Shown one piece after another: positions 34,202 through 43,953 of a DNA stretch of 64,000 bases. Made by a program: the position numbers and the translations under genes. The notes beneath the pieces were generated by a model. The model ran no database searches and was not told where the DNA came from. It saw only the letters and a list, made by a program, of their open reading frames with translations. Each line of letters starts with the position of its first letter. Position 1 is the first letter of the stretch. Origin of the DNA: an uncultured Chloroflexota bacterium (GTDB lineage Bacteria; Chloroflexota; UBA11872); the NCBI GenBank assembly GCA_958296175.1, contig OY282448.1, positions 2,150,612-2,214,611 of the forward strand, read 5' to 3'.

Positions 34202-36631
34202 TCAGACCTTGTGCACGCGCACGGCGGCGCCGTCGGGCGCCCGGGGGTCGAGCTGCCGGGGGGCGGCCTCCAGGAAGCGGTCGGGCAGGCTGACCACGCC
34301 GGGCGGCACGCGGTCGGCCACCAGGGCTTTCAGATTGACTTCGCCGCCGTCCGCCGAAAGGCGGATGCGGTCGCCGTGGGCGATGGACAGCCGCTGCGCG
34401 TCGCCCGCGTTCAGTTCGGCCACCGCCTCCGGCAGCATGAGCGTCAGGCTGTCTGCGCGGCGTCCGCTGACGCCGGCGGTGTAAAGATGCTGCTCGGTGG
34501 CCAGAACGAATCCGTCCGCGGGCGCCGGCGCCGCGCCGTTGACCGCGGCGGACTCCCGCGAGCCGGGAAGCGAGGGCCGCTGCATCAGCCCGGCCAGTTC
34601 GGTGCTGATGGGCTCGTGGCTGCGCCAGCCAAAATCGGCCCCCATGGCTGCCGAGACGCGGGCAACGATCTCCCAGTCGGGGCGCGCCTTGCCCACGGGC
34701 GGAATTGCCGGAGCGAGCCGTCCCAGGCGTCCCTCGAAGTTGGTGAAGTGCCCGCCCTTTTCGGCGAAGGTCGCGCCAGGCAGCACCACGTCGGCGGCTT
34801 CGGTGGTCGCATTCATGAAGATGTCCTGCGCCACCACCAGGCGGGCGCGTTCGAGGGCCGCCTGCGCGCCCTGCGGGTTGGCCGACCCGCCCACCACGTC
34901 TTCGCCCATCACGTAGAGCGCCTGCATCGGGCCGTCGATGAAGTCGTCGAAGGCCAGGCCGGGTTCGGCGGGTACCGGAGCGCCCCAGGCGTCGGACGCC
35001 TGGCGGCGGGCCTCGTCGTCGCTCAGCGGGCGCGCGCCCGGCAGAAGGTCGGGCGCCATGCCCAGCAGGAACGTGCCGGCGGCGTTGGCGCGTTCGGGCA
35101 GGGGAAAGAGCTTCACGCCGTCATGCGCCAGCGCCAGATTGGCGGCGCCCTGCGCAATCGCTTCGGCCTTGCCCAGCGTCCACACGCCCGTATCCCAGAC
35201 CACTGCAACGGTGCCGGCCGCCTGTACGCGGCTGCGCATCGCTGTCAGCGTGTCGGCGTCGATCCCCGTCAGCGCGTGCATGTTGGGGATGTCCGCGCCG
35301 GCCAGGGCGCTCAACAGGACGGCCTCTGCCCCCGGTCGCACGCGCGCCGCGACGGTTGCGAAGTCGTCCAGCCCGCTGGCGAGCCGGGTTGCCACCAGCA
35401 GCGTGCGCCCGTCGTCGCGGGCGGCCTGCTTGACGTGCGCGCCCACCACGTTGTGCGTCTGGCCAATGTCCGCGCCCACCACCAGGATCACGTCGGATTC
35501 CAGCAGTTCCGACTGCGAGCGGGGGCCGGCGGCGCTGCCCAGCACCGCGCGCAGCGTGCGCGCGGCGGCGTGCAGGCCGCTGCTCTGGCTGTAGACGTTG
35601 TTGGTGCCCAGCACGGCGCGGGCGAACCGCTGCAGGGTGTAGTTGTCTTCGTTGGTGGTGTTCGGCGAGCCAACCACGCCCACGGCCTGCGGACCGTGCG
35701 CGTCCAGCACCTCGCGCAGACCCGCGCTGATCACGTTCAGGGCTTCGCTCCAGCTGGCGGGCTGCAGCGCGCCGTTGCGGCGGACCAGCGGCTCCGTAAT
35801 CCGCTCGCCGCTGTTGACGAACGAGTGGCCGAAGAATCCCTTGGCGCACAGGATGCCGCGGTCGGGCTCTTCCAGGCCGTTGGAGCGCGTGCGCACCACG
35901 CTGCCGTGGCGGGATTCCACCAGCAGCGAACACCCAACCGCGCAATGGGGGCAGGTGGAGGCGGTCTTCTCGGTTTGCCAGCTGCGCGCCGCGTGCTTGA
36001 ACGGGCGGCTGAGCAGCGCGCCCACCGGGCAGGTTTCGATGCACATCCCGCAGCGTTCGCAGTCCATGAACTCGTGCTGCGCCGGCGCGATGAACGTGCC
36101 CACGGCGCGTTCCACGAAGTCGAGCGCGCGCACGCCGATTTGTTCGTCGCACATGCGCACGCAGCGCCCGCAGAGGATGCAGCGGTTGTGGTTGATGAGG
36201 ATGACCTCGTTGAGGATTTCCTCCGGGTGCGCCTTGGGCACGGTCTCGTAGGGGCTCTGGAAAATCTCCTGATCGAACACCTCGTCTTGCAGCTCGCAGG
36301 TGCCGGCCTGGTCGCAGTAGGGGCAGTCCAGCGGGTGGTGCTGCAATTGCAGCTCGATCACGTGCTTGCGAATGTCCTTGATGCTCTGGCTGTCGGTCAC
36401 CACCGTCATGCCGTCGCCGGCGGGCGTGGTGCACGAGGCCGTGGGCCGCGGCGGGCCGGGCTGGACTTCCACCACGCACATGCGGCAGGCGCCGTAGGGC
36501 TTCAGCCGCGGGTCGGTGCAGAGCGTGGGAATCTCGACGCCGATGGACTCGCAGGCTTGCAGCACGGTCGCCCCGCGCGGCACCTGCACCTCCTGGCCGT
36601 CTATCGTGAGCGTGACGGTCTCGGAACTCAT
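34202..36631 (-). CDS. nuoG: NADH-quinone oxidoreductase subunit G (75 kDa Fe-S subunit)
   Basis: MSSETVTLTIDGQEVQVPRGATVLQACE...CRMCVVEV 2Fe-2S N-terminus, 4Fe-4S cysteine motifs and molybdopterin-like domain. The 34202..38044 ORF is an artefactual fusion; the true start ATG overlaps the nuoD stop (ATGA). Confidence 0.85.
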   Translation of the reverse strand: MSSETVTLTIDGQEVQVPRGATVLQACESIGVEIPTLCTDPRLKPYGACRMCVVEVQPGPPRPTASCTTPAGDGMTVVTDSQSIKDIRKHVIELQLQHHPLDCPYCDQAGTCELQDEVFDQEIFQSPYETVPKAHPEEILNEVILINHNRCILCGRCVRMCDEQIGVRALDFVERAVGTFIAPAQHEFMDCERCGMCIETCPVGALLSRPFKHAARSWQTEKTASTCPHCAVGCSLLVESRHGSVVRTRSNGLEEPDRGILCAKGFFGHSFVNSGERITEPLVRRNGALQPASWSEALNVISAGLREVLDAHGPQAVGVVGSPNTTNEDNYTLQRFARAVLGTNNVYSQSSGLHAAARTLRAVLGSAAGPRSQSELLESDVILVVGADIGQTHNVVGAHVKQAARDDGRTLLVATRLASGLDDFATVAARVRPGAEAVLLSALAGADIPNMHALTGIDADTLTAMRSRVQAAGTVAVVWDTGVWTLGKAEAIAQGAANLALAHDGVKLFPLPERANAAGTFLLGMAPDLLPGARPLSDDEARRQASDAWGAPVPAEPGLAFDDFIDGPMQALYVMGEDVVGGSANPQGAQAALERARLVVAQDIFMNATTEAADVVLPGATFAEKGGHFTNFEGRLGRLAPAIPPVGKARPDWEIVARVSAAMGADFGWRSHEPISTELAGLMQRPSLPGSRESAAVNGAAPAPADGFVLATEQHLYTAGVSGRRADSLTLMLPEAVAELNAGDAQRLSIAHGDRIRLSADGGEVNLKALVADRVPPGVVSLPDRFLEAAPRQLDPRAPDGAAVRVHKV

Positions 36632-37851
36632 CGATCGACCTCGCCCAACACTATGTCCACGCTGCCGATGATCGCCACCACGTCGGCAATCAGCGCGCCC
36701 ACGCTGATCTTTTCGATGATGGCCAGATTTACGAACGACGGTGAGCGCACGTGGCAGCGGTACGGCTCGCCGCTGCCGTCGCTGACGAAGTAGAAGCCCA
36801 GCTCGCCCTTCGGGTTCTCGATACTGAAGTAAGCCTCGCCGGGTTCCGGCTGCACGCCGTGCATGACCAGCTTGAAGTGATTGATCATCGCTTCCATGTC
36901 CACCGGCACGCGGCTGATGTCTGGCGGCGTCACCGTGGGCAGCGCCGCGTTCGAGGGCGAGCCGGACGGCAGGCCGCGCAGCGCCTCCACACACTGGCCG
37001 ATGATGCGGCAGGACTGGTACATCTCGTTCAGGCGCACCAGGTAGCGCGCGTACACGTCGCCTTCCTCGAACACCGGCAGCTCGAAGTCCACCAGGTCGT
37101 AGGCCGCGTAGGGCCGCGCCTTGCGCAGGTCCCAGGCCACGCCCGACCCGCGCAGCACTGGGCCGGTCAGCCCGTAGCTCAGGGCCTCCTCGCGCGTGAT
37201 GTGCCCCACGTCGCGCGTGCGCTCCAGAAAGACTTCGTTCTCGGTCAGCAGCGTGTCGATCTCGTGCAGCGCGTAGCCCTCCAGAAAGGCTTCCACGTTG
37301 TCCAGCCACTGGTCGCCCACGTCGTGCGGCCCGGTGCCGCCCACGCGCATGAACGAGGTGGTGAGCCGCGCACCGCAGGCTTCTTCGAACAGATACAGGA
37401 TCTTTTCGCGTTCCCGCAGCGACCACAGGAAGGCCGACATGGCGCCGATGTCCAGCCCGTGGGTGCCGATCCAGATGTGATGCGAGGCCAGCCGCGAGAG
37501 CTCCGCCACGGCCGTGCGCAGGTAGCGCGCGCGCAGCGGAATCTCGTCCGTGATGCCCATCAGCTTTTCGATGGCCATCAGGTAGCCCATGTTGTTGGAC
37601 GGCCCGGCGGTGTAGTCCATGCGGTCGGTCAGGGTGATGCCGCCGCGGTAGTCGTGCGCCTCGATCAGCTTTTCCACCCCGCGGTGCAGGTAGCCCATGT
37701 CGGCCTTGCAGCCGAGCACTTCTTCGCCGTCCAGCTCCAGCAGCAGCCGCAGCACGCCGTGCGTGCTGGGGTGCTGCGGCCCCAGGTTGAGAATCATGGA
37801 GTCCGGGCTGGTGCGTTCCAGGTCCATGCGCGGCCCCGCGTTCACCGCCAT
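36628..37851 (-). CDS. nuoD: NADH-quinone oxidoreductase subunit D (49 kDa)
   Basis: MILNLGPQHPSTHGVLRL...GYLHRGVEKL signature; start overlaps the nuoC stop (TGATG). Confidence 0.9.
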   Translation of the reverse strand: MAVNAGPRMDLERTSPDSMILNLGPQHPSTHGVLRLLLELDGEEVLGCKADMGYLHRGVEKLIEAHDYRGGITLTDRMDYTAGPSNNMGYLMAIEKLMGITDEIPLRARYLRTAVAELSRLASHHIWIGTHGLDIGAMSAFLWSLREREKILYLFEEACGARLTTSFMRVGGTGPHDVGDQWLDNVEAFLEGYALHEIDTLLTENEVFLERTRDVGHITREEALSYGLTGPVLRGSGVAWDLRKARPYAAYDLVDFELPVFEEGDVYARYLVRLNEMYQSCRIIGQCVEALRGLPSGSPSNAALPTVTPPDISRVPVDMEAMINHFKLVMHGVQPEPGEAYFSIENPKGELGFYFVSDGSGEPYRCHVRSPSFVNLAIIEKISVGALIADVVAIIGSVDIVLGEVDR

Positions 37852-38426
37852 CAGGCCTTCGCCTCGTCGTCCACGCCCGCCCAGAAGTCGTCGGGGTCCA
37901 GCGCGCCCACCAGGTCGTTGCGGTGCGCGTCTTCGGGGAACGTAGGCCCTTCCACCGGATACTCCTTGCGCAGCGGATGGCCCTCGTAGCCTTCGGGCAG
38001 CAGAATCCGCCGCAGGTCGGGGTGGCCGGTGAAGCCGATGCCAAAGAGGTCGAACACTTCCCGTTCCAGGTAGACCGCGGAGGCGTAGGTGGACGCCGCT
38101 GAGGCTACCGCCCCGCCGTCCGCCAGGCGCACGCTCACGCGCGCGTAGAGATTATTGGTCAGCGAGCGGAACTGCCATACCACCTCGAACTCGCGGCCGG
38201 AGTCGAGCGGCCAGTGCACCGCCGTGACGTCGATCAGCTGTTCCAGCCGCAGGTGCGGGTCGCCGCGCAGCGCCGCGAAGAGCGCCGGCAGCGCGCCAGC
38301 CTCAACCTCGGCCACCGGGTCGCCGTGATCCACGCGGCCGCCCAGGTACGCCGCGCCAGCGTGGTGGGACACGTGTTCCAGCACGGCGTCCGGCGCCAGG
38401 GTGGCTTCAGCCGCGGGGATCAGCAT
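37851..38426 (-). CDS. nuoC: NADH-quinone oxidoreductase subunit C (30 kDa)
   Basis: Motif EREVFDLFGIGFTGHPDLRRILLPEGYEGHPLRKEYP. Start taken at the Met immediately after the nuoA stop (ORF-track start 38462 would overlap nuoA). Confidence 0.8.
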   Translation of the reverse strand: MLIPAAEATLAPDAVLEHVSHHAGAAYLGGRVDHGDPVAEVEAGALPALFAALRGDPHLRLEQLIDVTAVHWPLDSGREFEVVWQFRSLTNNLYARVSVRLADGGAVASAASTYASAVYLEREVFDLFGIGFTGHPDLRRILLPEGYEGHPLRKEYPVEGPTFPEDAHRNDLVGALDPDDFWAGVDDEAKA

Positions 38427-38428
38427 CG

Positions 38429-38791
38429 TCAGCGGTTCCAGTCCAGCGCGCCCTTGCGCCACTCGTAGACGAACGCCGTGGCCAGGATGGCCAGGAACAC
38501 CGCGCCCACGCCAAACAGCGACACGCGGTCGTCAATCATGTTGAAGTACAGCGCCCACGGATAGAAGAAGAGCAGCTCCACGTCGAAGATCAGAAAAGTC
38601 ACCGCCACCAGATAGAAGCGGATGCTGTGGCGGCCGCGCGCGTCGCCGATGGGTTCCATGCCCGACTCGTAGGCCGTGACCTTGGCCCGGTACTTGCGGC
38701 GCGGCTTGAGCGCCATGGTGCCAACCAGGCTCCCCACGGCAAAGAGAAAGGCCAGGGCGAACAACAGGACAACGGCCACCCAACTCGGCAT
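38429..38791 (-). CDS. nuoA: NADH-quinone oxidoreductase subunit A
   Basis: YESGMEPIGDARGRHSIRFYLVAVTFLIFDVELLFFYPW is typical of NuoA/ND3. Confidence 0.85.
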   Translation of the reverse strand: MPSWVAVVLLFALAFLFAVGSLVGTMALKPRRKYRAKVTAYESGMEPIGDARGRHSIRFYLVAVTFLIFDVELLFFYPWALYFNMIDDRVSLFGVGAVFLAILATAFVYEWRKGALDWNR

Positions 38792-38830
38792 TCGAGCCCT
38801 ACGCCTGCCCTCGTGTGCGGTTCTGCGGGG

Positions 38831-38848
38831 TTGTGAACGATTTCACAA
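38831..38848. promoter_or_regulatory. Rex operator (ROP) TTGTGAACGATTTCACAA upstream of nuoA, plus a -10-like TATGAT (minus strand, ~38859-38864) just upstream of it
   Basis: Perfect match to the Rex consensus TTGTGAAnnnnTTCACAA, ~35 nt upstream of the nuoA ATG, with the rex gene immediately upstream on the same strand. Confidence 0.75.
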
Positions 38849-38928
38849 ACGCCGCGCCATCATAACGCGCCCGCGGGCAAGCGTGCGAGTGAAACGCCCG
38901 GCGCGCCAGCCGCAGCCGCAGCCGCGGT

Positions 38929-39564
38929 TCAGCGGCTGAGACAGTAGGCCAGGTACTCCAGTTCCACCGCCAGGTCCACGTGGGCCAGCTCCACGTGGTC
39001 CGGAACCTGGAGCTTGGCGGGCGCGAAGTTCAGCACGGCCCGCACGCCGGCCGCCACGGCGCGGTCCACCACCGGCTGCGCGGCTGCGGCTGGCACGGTT
39101 ACGACCACCATGTCGATGCGCTGCTCGCGCACCGCGCGCGCCAGGCGCTCGACGGGCAGCACGGTCTGGCCGCCCACGGCTGCGCCCACCATGCGCGGGT
39201 CGTTGTCGAAGGCCGCCGCCACCGTGAAGCCCTGCGCGCCAAACCCCTGGTAAGCCAGCAGCGCGCGCCCCAGGTTCCCCACGCCGATCAACGCCACGCG
39301 CCAGCCGCGGTCGATGCCCAGGATGGCGGCCAGCCGCCGCCGCAGCGGTGCGACCGCGTAGCCCACGCCGCGTTTGCCGAACGTGCCGAAATAGGTCAAA
39401 TCGCGCCTGACCTGCGCGGCCGTGAAGCCGGTGAGCTGCGCCAGCGCCCGGGACGACGCGTTGGCGCGCCCCTCCGCGTGCAGCGCGCCCAGCACGCGGT
39501 AGTAGGTGGACAACCGCCGGATCGTGGTCGGCGGCGCGGAGCGTGCGGCTCGACTCGGGACCAT
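38929..39564 (-). CDS. rex: Redox-sensing transcriptional repressor Rex
   Basis: Winged-helix N-terminus (TIRRLSTYYRVL) and Rossmann NADH-binding motif ALIGVGNLGRALL; ~210 aa. Confidence 0.85.
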   Translation of the reverse strand: MVPSRAARSAPPTTIRRLSTYYRVLGALHAEGRANASSRALAQLTGFTAAQVRRDLTYFGTFGKRGVGYAVAPLRRRLAAILGIDRGWRVALIGVGNLGRALLAYQGFGAQGFTVAAAFDNDPRMVGAAVGGQTVLPVERLARAVREQRIDMVVVTVPAAAAQPVVDRAVAAGVRAVLNFAPAKLQVPDHVELAHVDLAVELEYLAYCLSR

Positions 39565-39823
39565 CGCGCGGACTTCGCGCTTCTGCGGGCGTGCTGCGGC
39601 CGCTCACAGGATGCACGCTTTTCGCGCCCGCGGCGCGTGCGCGGCCGCCGGGCAGCGTTCGCGGGCGGCGCACGTCGGCACCCATGCCTCGCCGCGGCGT
39701 GACGGCGCGCCGCCGCGGACGGCGGGGTGTCCGCGGCGGCGCCGAACCGGCTAGCATCGTCCACCCGCGGCCGCGGCATTGGCGCGCCGCGCGCCCGACC
39801 CACCTGGAGGCGCCCCGACCACG

Positions 39824-41818
39824 ATGAGCGAAACCCGCGTCGGCGTCGACGTCGGCGGCACGTTCACCGACTTCGTGGTGACGGACGGCGAATCGCTGCA
39901 CGCATTCAAGGTGTCCAGCACGCCGGGCGACCCGGGCGAGGCGGTGCTGGAGGGGCTGCGGCGCGCCGGCGCGGGCGCGGGCGCAACCGTCGTTCACGGC
40001 TCCACGGTTGCCACCAACGCCGTGCTGGAACGGCGCGGCGCGCGCACCGCGCTGGTCACCACCGAAGGGTTTCGCGACGTGCTGGAGATCGGCCGCCAGC
40101 ACCGCCCGGAGCTCTACGCCATCGAGCCGCGCAAGCCGCCGCCGCTGATCGACCGCGGCCTGCGGCTGGAAGTCGCGGAGCGCGTGGGCGCCGACGGGGC
40201 GGTGCGCCGGCCGCTGGACCCTGCCTCGCTGGACCGGCTGGTCGAGCGCGTGCGGGCGCTGCAACCGGAAGCTGCCGCCGTCTGCCTGCTCTTCAGCTTC
40301 TTGCGGCCGTCGCACGAACGCTCGGTGCGCGCCGCGCTGCGCCGCGCCGGCGTCCGCTGGGTGTCGATTTCTTCGCAGGTGCTGCCCGAGCACCGCGAAT
40401 ACGAACGCACCAGCACCACGGTCGTGGACGCCTACGTCGCGCCGCTGATGGGGCGCTACGTCCGCCGTCTGGAGCGCGCCCTGGCGGGCAGGCTCTGGAT
40501 CGTGCAGTCCAGCGGCGGCGTGCTGCGCTCCGCGGAAGCCGCCGCCGCCCCGGTGCAAACCGTGCTCAGCGGCCCCGCGGCGGGCGTGGCCGGGGCGCGC
40601 GCGGTGGCCGCCGCCTCCGGGTTCGACCATATCGTCACGCTGGACATGGGCGGCACTTCCACCGACGTTGCCATTTGTCCGGGCGAGCCGCTGCGCCGCA
40701 CCGACGCAACGATTGGCGGGCTGCCCGTGGCGATTCCGATGACCGACATTCACACCGTGGGCGCGGGCGGCGGCTCCGTGGCGGCGCGCGACGACGTGGG
40801 CGGCCTGCGCGTCGGCCCCCGCAGCGCCGGCGCCGTGCCCGGGCCGGCCGCCTACGGCCGCGGCGGCCGCCAGCCCACCGTCACCGACGCCAACGTGGTG
40901 CTGGGGCGCTTGCCCGCGGGCGCGGCGCTGGCCGACGACGTGGCGCTGGACGCCGCGGCCGCGGCCGCCGCCGTCGACCGGCTGCTGCCGGCGGCCGCGC
41001 GCTCTCCCCAGGCGCGCATCCACGCCGCCGCCAGCGTCGTCGCCGTGGCAGACGCGCACATGGAGCGCGCTTTGCGCGTCATCACGCTGGAGCGCGGCTA
41101 CGACCCGCGCGACTTCGTGCTGGTGGCCTTTGGCGGCGCGGGGCCGCTGCACGGCTGCGCGCTTGCCGAACGCCTGGAGATCGACCGCGTGCTGGTTCCG
41201 CGCTATCCGGGCGTGCTCTCGGCGCTGGGCGCGCTCAGCGGCGAGCACGTGCGCGAATATGCGGCCACGCTGCTGCGGCCCGCCGCCGCGGCCAGCGCGC
41301 CAGCGGTGCGCGCGGCTTTCGCGCGGCTGGAACGCACGGCGCGGCGCGACTTCCAGGGCGCGGGCCGCCCGCAGCTGCGCCGCCGCCTCGATCTGCGCTA
41401 CGCGGGCCAGTCGTTCGAACTCACAGTGCCGCTGCGCGGCCTAGGCATTGCCCGCGCCGTGCGCGCCTTTCACGCCCGCCATCAGGAGCGCTACGCGCAC
41501 AGCCGCCCCGAGGCGCCGGTGGAAATTGTGGTCGCGCGTCTGGTGGCCGCGGTTGCGCGGCCGCCGCTGCCGCCCACGCGGCCGCCGGCTGCCGGCGCCC
41601 CGCGCGCACAGCGCGCGCCCGTCGTCGTCGGCGAGACCGCGCGCGGCGCCCGCGTGTTTCAGCGCGCCGAGCTGCCCGGCGGCTTCCGTGCGCACGGGCC
41701 GCTGCTGGTGCTGCAGGACGACGCCACGACCTGGGTGCCGCCGGGGTGGTTTGCTACAGTCGATCCGCAGGCCGCGCTCATCCTCAGCCGTTCCCGAACG
41801 CGCGGCGGCCCTGAGTAA
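39824..41818 (+). CDS. Hydantoinase/oxoprolinase family protein (HyuA-like, N-methylhydantoinase A family)
   Basis: RVGVDVGGTFTDFVV N-terminus and second ASKHA motif VTLDMGGTSTDVAI; ~664 aa. No HyuB partner adjacent. Start set at MSETR within the 39779 ORF. Confidence 0.75.
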   Translation: MSETRVGVDVGGTFTDFVVTDGESLHAFKVSSTPGDPGEAVLEGLRRAGAGAGATVVHGSTVATNAVLERRGARTALVTTEGFRDVLEIGRQHRPELYAIEPRKPPPLIDRGLRLEVAERVGADGAVRRPLDPASLDRLVERVRALQPEAAAVCLLFSFLRPSHERSVRAALRRAGVRWVSISSQVLPEHREYERTSTTVVDAYVAPLMGRYVRRLERALAGRLWIVQSSGGVLRSAEAAAAPVQTVLSGPAAGVAGARAVAAASGFDHIVTLDMGGTSTDVAICPGEPLRRTDATIGGLPVAIPMTDIHTVGAGGGSVAARDDVGGLRVGPRSAGAVPGPAAYGRGGRQPTVTDANVVLGRLPAGAALADDVALDAAAAAAAVDRLLPAAARSPQARIHAAASVVAVADAHMERALRVITLERGYDPRDFVLVAFGGAGPLHGCALAERLEIDRVLVPRYPGVLSALGALSGEHVREYAATLLRPAAAASAPAVRAAFARLERTARRDFQGAGRPQLRRRLDLRYAGQSFELTVPLRGLGIARAVRAFHARHQERYAHSRPEAPVEIVVARLVAAVARPPLPPTRPPAAGAPRAQRAPVVVGETARGARVFQRAELPGGFRAHGPLLVLQDDATTWVPPGWFATVDPQAALILSRSRTRGGPE

Positions 41819-41853
41819 CTGGCGGCCTCGTCCGCTCCCGTTCCTGAGAACCA

Positions 41854-42768
41854 ATGCCCGTAATCGAAGTGCGCGATCTTGCCAAGACCTACGGCGACCT
41901 GGAAGCCGTGCGCGGCGTGTCGTTCGAGGTCGTCGAGGGCGAGGTCTTTGGCCTGCTGGGCCCCAACGGCGCCGGCAAGACCACCACCGTGGAAATCCTG
42001 GAAGGGCTGCGCACCCGCGACCGCGGCCACGTGCGCGTGCTGGGTCTCGATCCAGCCAACGCCGGCCCCAAGCTCAAGCAGCAGCTGGGCGTGCAGCTGC
42101 AGAACGTGGCGCTCTATCCCCGCCTGCGCGTCCACGAGGTCATCGGCCTCTTCGGATCGTTCTACGGCCTGCGCGCCGACACCGACCGCCTGGTCGAACT
42201 GATGGGCCTGCACGACCGCCGCAACGCGCGCATCAGCGAACTTTCCGGCGGCCAGGCGCAGCGCCTGTCGGTGGCGCTGGCCATCGTCAACCGCCCCCAC
42301 CTGGTCTTTCTGGACGAGCCGTCCACCGGCATGGACCCGCAGGCGCGGCGGAATCTGTGGGACATCATCGAAGGCTTTCGCGCCGACGGCATGACCGTGG
42401 TGCTCACCACGCACTACATGGAGGAGGCCGAACGGCTCTGCGACCGCGTGGCGGTTATGGACCACGGGCACATCATTGCGCTGGACACGCCGCGCGCCCT
42501 GGTGCGCGCGAACTTCGAGGAAGACGCCATCGAGTTCACCTCCAGCAACGGCGTGAGCGTGGACGCGCTGCGCGAGCTGGACGCCGTGAGCAACGCGACC
42601 GGCCAGGCCGGTTCTTTCAGCATCTTCAGCAGCGACATTCCCCGCACCATGGGCAGCCTGCTGGCGTTCGCGCGCGGCCAGGACGTTCCCTTGGAAGGCA
42701 TGCGCGTGCGCCAGGCCACGCTGGAAGACGTGTTCCTCAAGCTCACCGGAAGGACCTTGCGAGATTGA
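41854..42768 (+). CDS. ABC transporter ATP-binding protein (ABC-2/DrrA-like)
   Basis: Walker A GPNGAGKTT, ABC signature LSGGQAQRL, Walker B LVFLDEPSTGMD. Confidence 0.85.
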   Translation: MPVIEVRDLAKTYGDLEAVRGVSFEVVEGEVFGLLGPNGAGKTTTVEILEGLRTRDRGHVRVLGLDPANAGPKLKQQLGVQLQNVALYPRLRVHEVIGLFGSFYGLRADTDRLVELMGLHDRRNARISELSGGQAQRLSVALAIVNRPHLVFLDEPSTGMDPQARRNLWDIIEGFRADGMTVVLTTHYMEEAERLCDRVAVMDHGHIIALDTPRALVRANFEEDAIEFTSSNGVSVDALRELDAVSNATGQAGSFSIFSSDIPRTMGSLLAFARGQDVPLEGMRVRQATLEDVFLKLTGRTLRD

Positions 42769-43853
42769 GCGCCTTCGTTCCCCTGCTGCTGGCCAACCAC
42801 CGCGAATTCGTGCGCGACCGCACCGCCTTGTTCTGGACGCTGGCGTTCCCGATTCTCTTCGTCGGCATCTTCAGCATCGTGTTGAGCCGCGGCGACGATG
42901 GGGCCAGCTATGCCGTGGGCTTGGTGGTGGAGGACGACTCGCCGCAGGCCCAGGCGCTGGCGCGGCTGCTGGCGGAGGTGAACGCCTTCGAGCTGACCCA
43001 GGGCGGGCGCGGCGCGGAGATCGACAGCCTGCGGGACGGCGACCGCCGCGCCGTGGTGGTCGTCCCCGCCGGGTTCGGCGCGTCCATAGATGCCGGCGCC
43101 CCGCAGCCGCTCCAGGTCCATTACGACGCCGCGCAGGCCACCACCCAGCAGGTCGTCATCCCCGTGCTGCTGGGCGCCGTCGAGGCCGCCGACCGCGCGC
43201 TCACGCAGACCAGCCCCATGGTCACGGTCGAGTTCGTGACGCTGCAATCGGAGCGGCTGGAGACCATCGACTTCATCATGCCCGGCATCATTGCGATGAG
43301 CGTGATGAACGCGGGCGTCTTCGGCGCTATCAACATGGTGTCGCTCCGCGAGCGCCGCGTACTGCGGCGCCTCTCGGCCACGCCGCTGCCGGCCTGGGCG
43401 CTGGTGGGGGCCGACGTGGTCTTCCGCTTGGTTGTGCTGCTGGTGCAGGCCGCGCTGCTGCTGGTGCTGGCCGTGCTGATCGGCGGCGTCAAGGTCCAGG
43501 CCGCCAACCTGCCGGCGCTGGCGGGCGTGACGCTGCTCGGCGGGCTGGCCTTCCTGGCCATCGGTTTCTTCCTGGGCGCCTTCGCCAAGACCGAGCAAGG
43601 GTTCTTTCCCATCGCCCAGGTCGTCACCTTTCCCATGCTCTTCCTGTCCGGCGTCTTCTTCCCCGTGGACGCGATGCCCGACTGGATTCGCCCGCTGGTC
43701 AGCGCCTTGCCCTTGACCTATCTGGGCGACGGCATGCGGCAGCTGATGGTGGGCGGCGCGCCGGTGAACGCCATGGTCGTCAACGTGGGCGTGCTGGCTG
43801 CGTTTCTGGTGGTGTTCTTCGGCCTGGCGGTGCGCTTCTTCCGCTACGAGTAG
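42765..43853 (+). CDS. ABC-2 type transporter permease
   Basis: Six-TM ABC-2 permease pattern directly downstream of the ATPase. Start proposed at TTG overlapping the ATPase stop; it is the 3' part of the artefactual 41448..43853 ORF. Confidence 0.7.
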   Translation: MSAFVPLLLANHREFVRDRTALFWTLAFPILFVGIFSIVLSRGDDGASYAVGLVVEDDSPQAQALARLLAEVNAFELTQGGRGAEIDSLRDGDRRAVVVVPAGFGASIDAGAPQPLQVHYDAAQATTQQVVIPVLLGAVEAADRALTQTSPMVTVEFVTLQSERLETIDFIMPGIIAMSVMNAGVFGAINMVSLRERRVLRRLSATPLPAWALVGADVVFRLVVLLVQAALLLVLAVLIGGVKVQAANLPALAGVTLLGGLAFLAIGFFLGAFAKTEQGFFPIAQVVTFPMLFLSGVFFPVDAMPDWIRPLVSALPLTYLGDGMRQLMVGGAPVNAMVVNVGVLAAFLVVFFGLAVRFFRYE

Positions 43854-43953
43854 CAAGGCGTCCCCCGCGCGGCCGGCCGCCGAGGTCGGCGCCTGGCCAA
43901 CCCCGCCGGCGCGGTGAGGGCGGTCCGCGTGCGGCTCGGCGTCAATCGCGCGG

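Noticed and set aside
34202-38044. Single 1280-aa ORF spanning nuoG through nuoC
   Set aside because: The nuoG part is in frame, but the upstream part is an out-of-frame read-through across nuoD/nuoC. nuoG, nuoD and nuoC are separate genes with overlapping stop/start codons.
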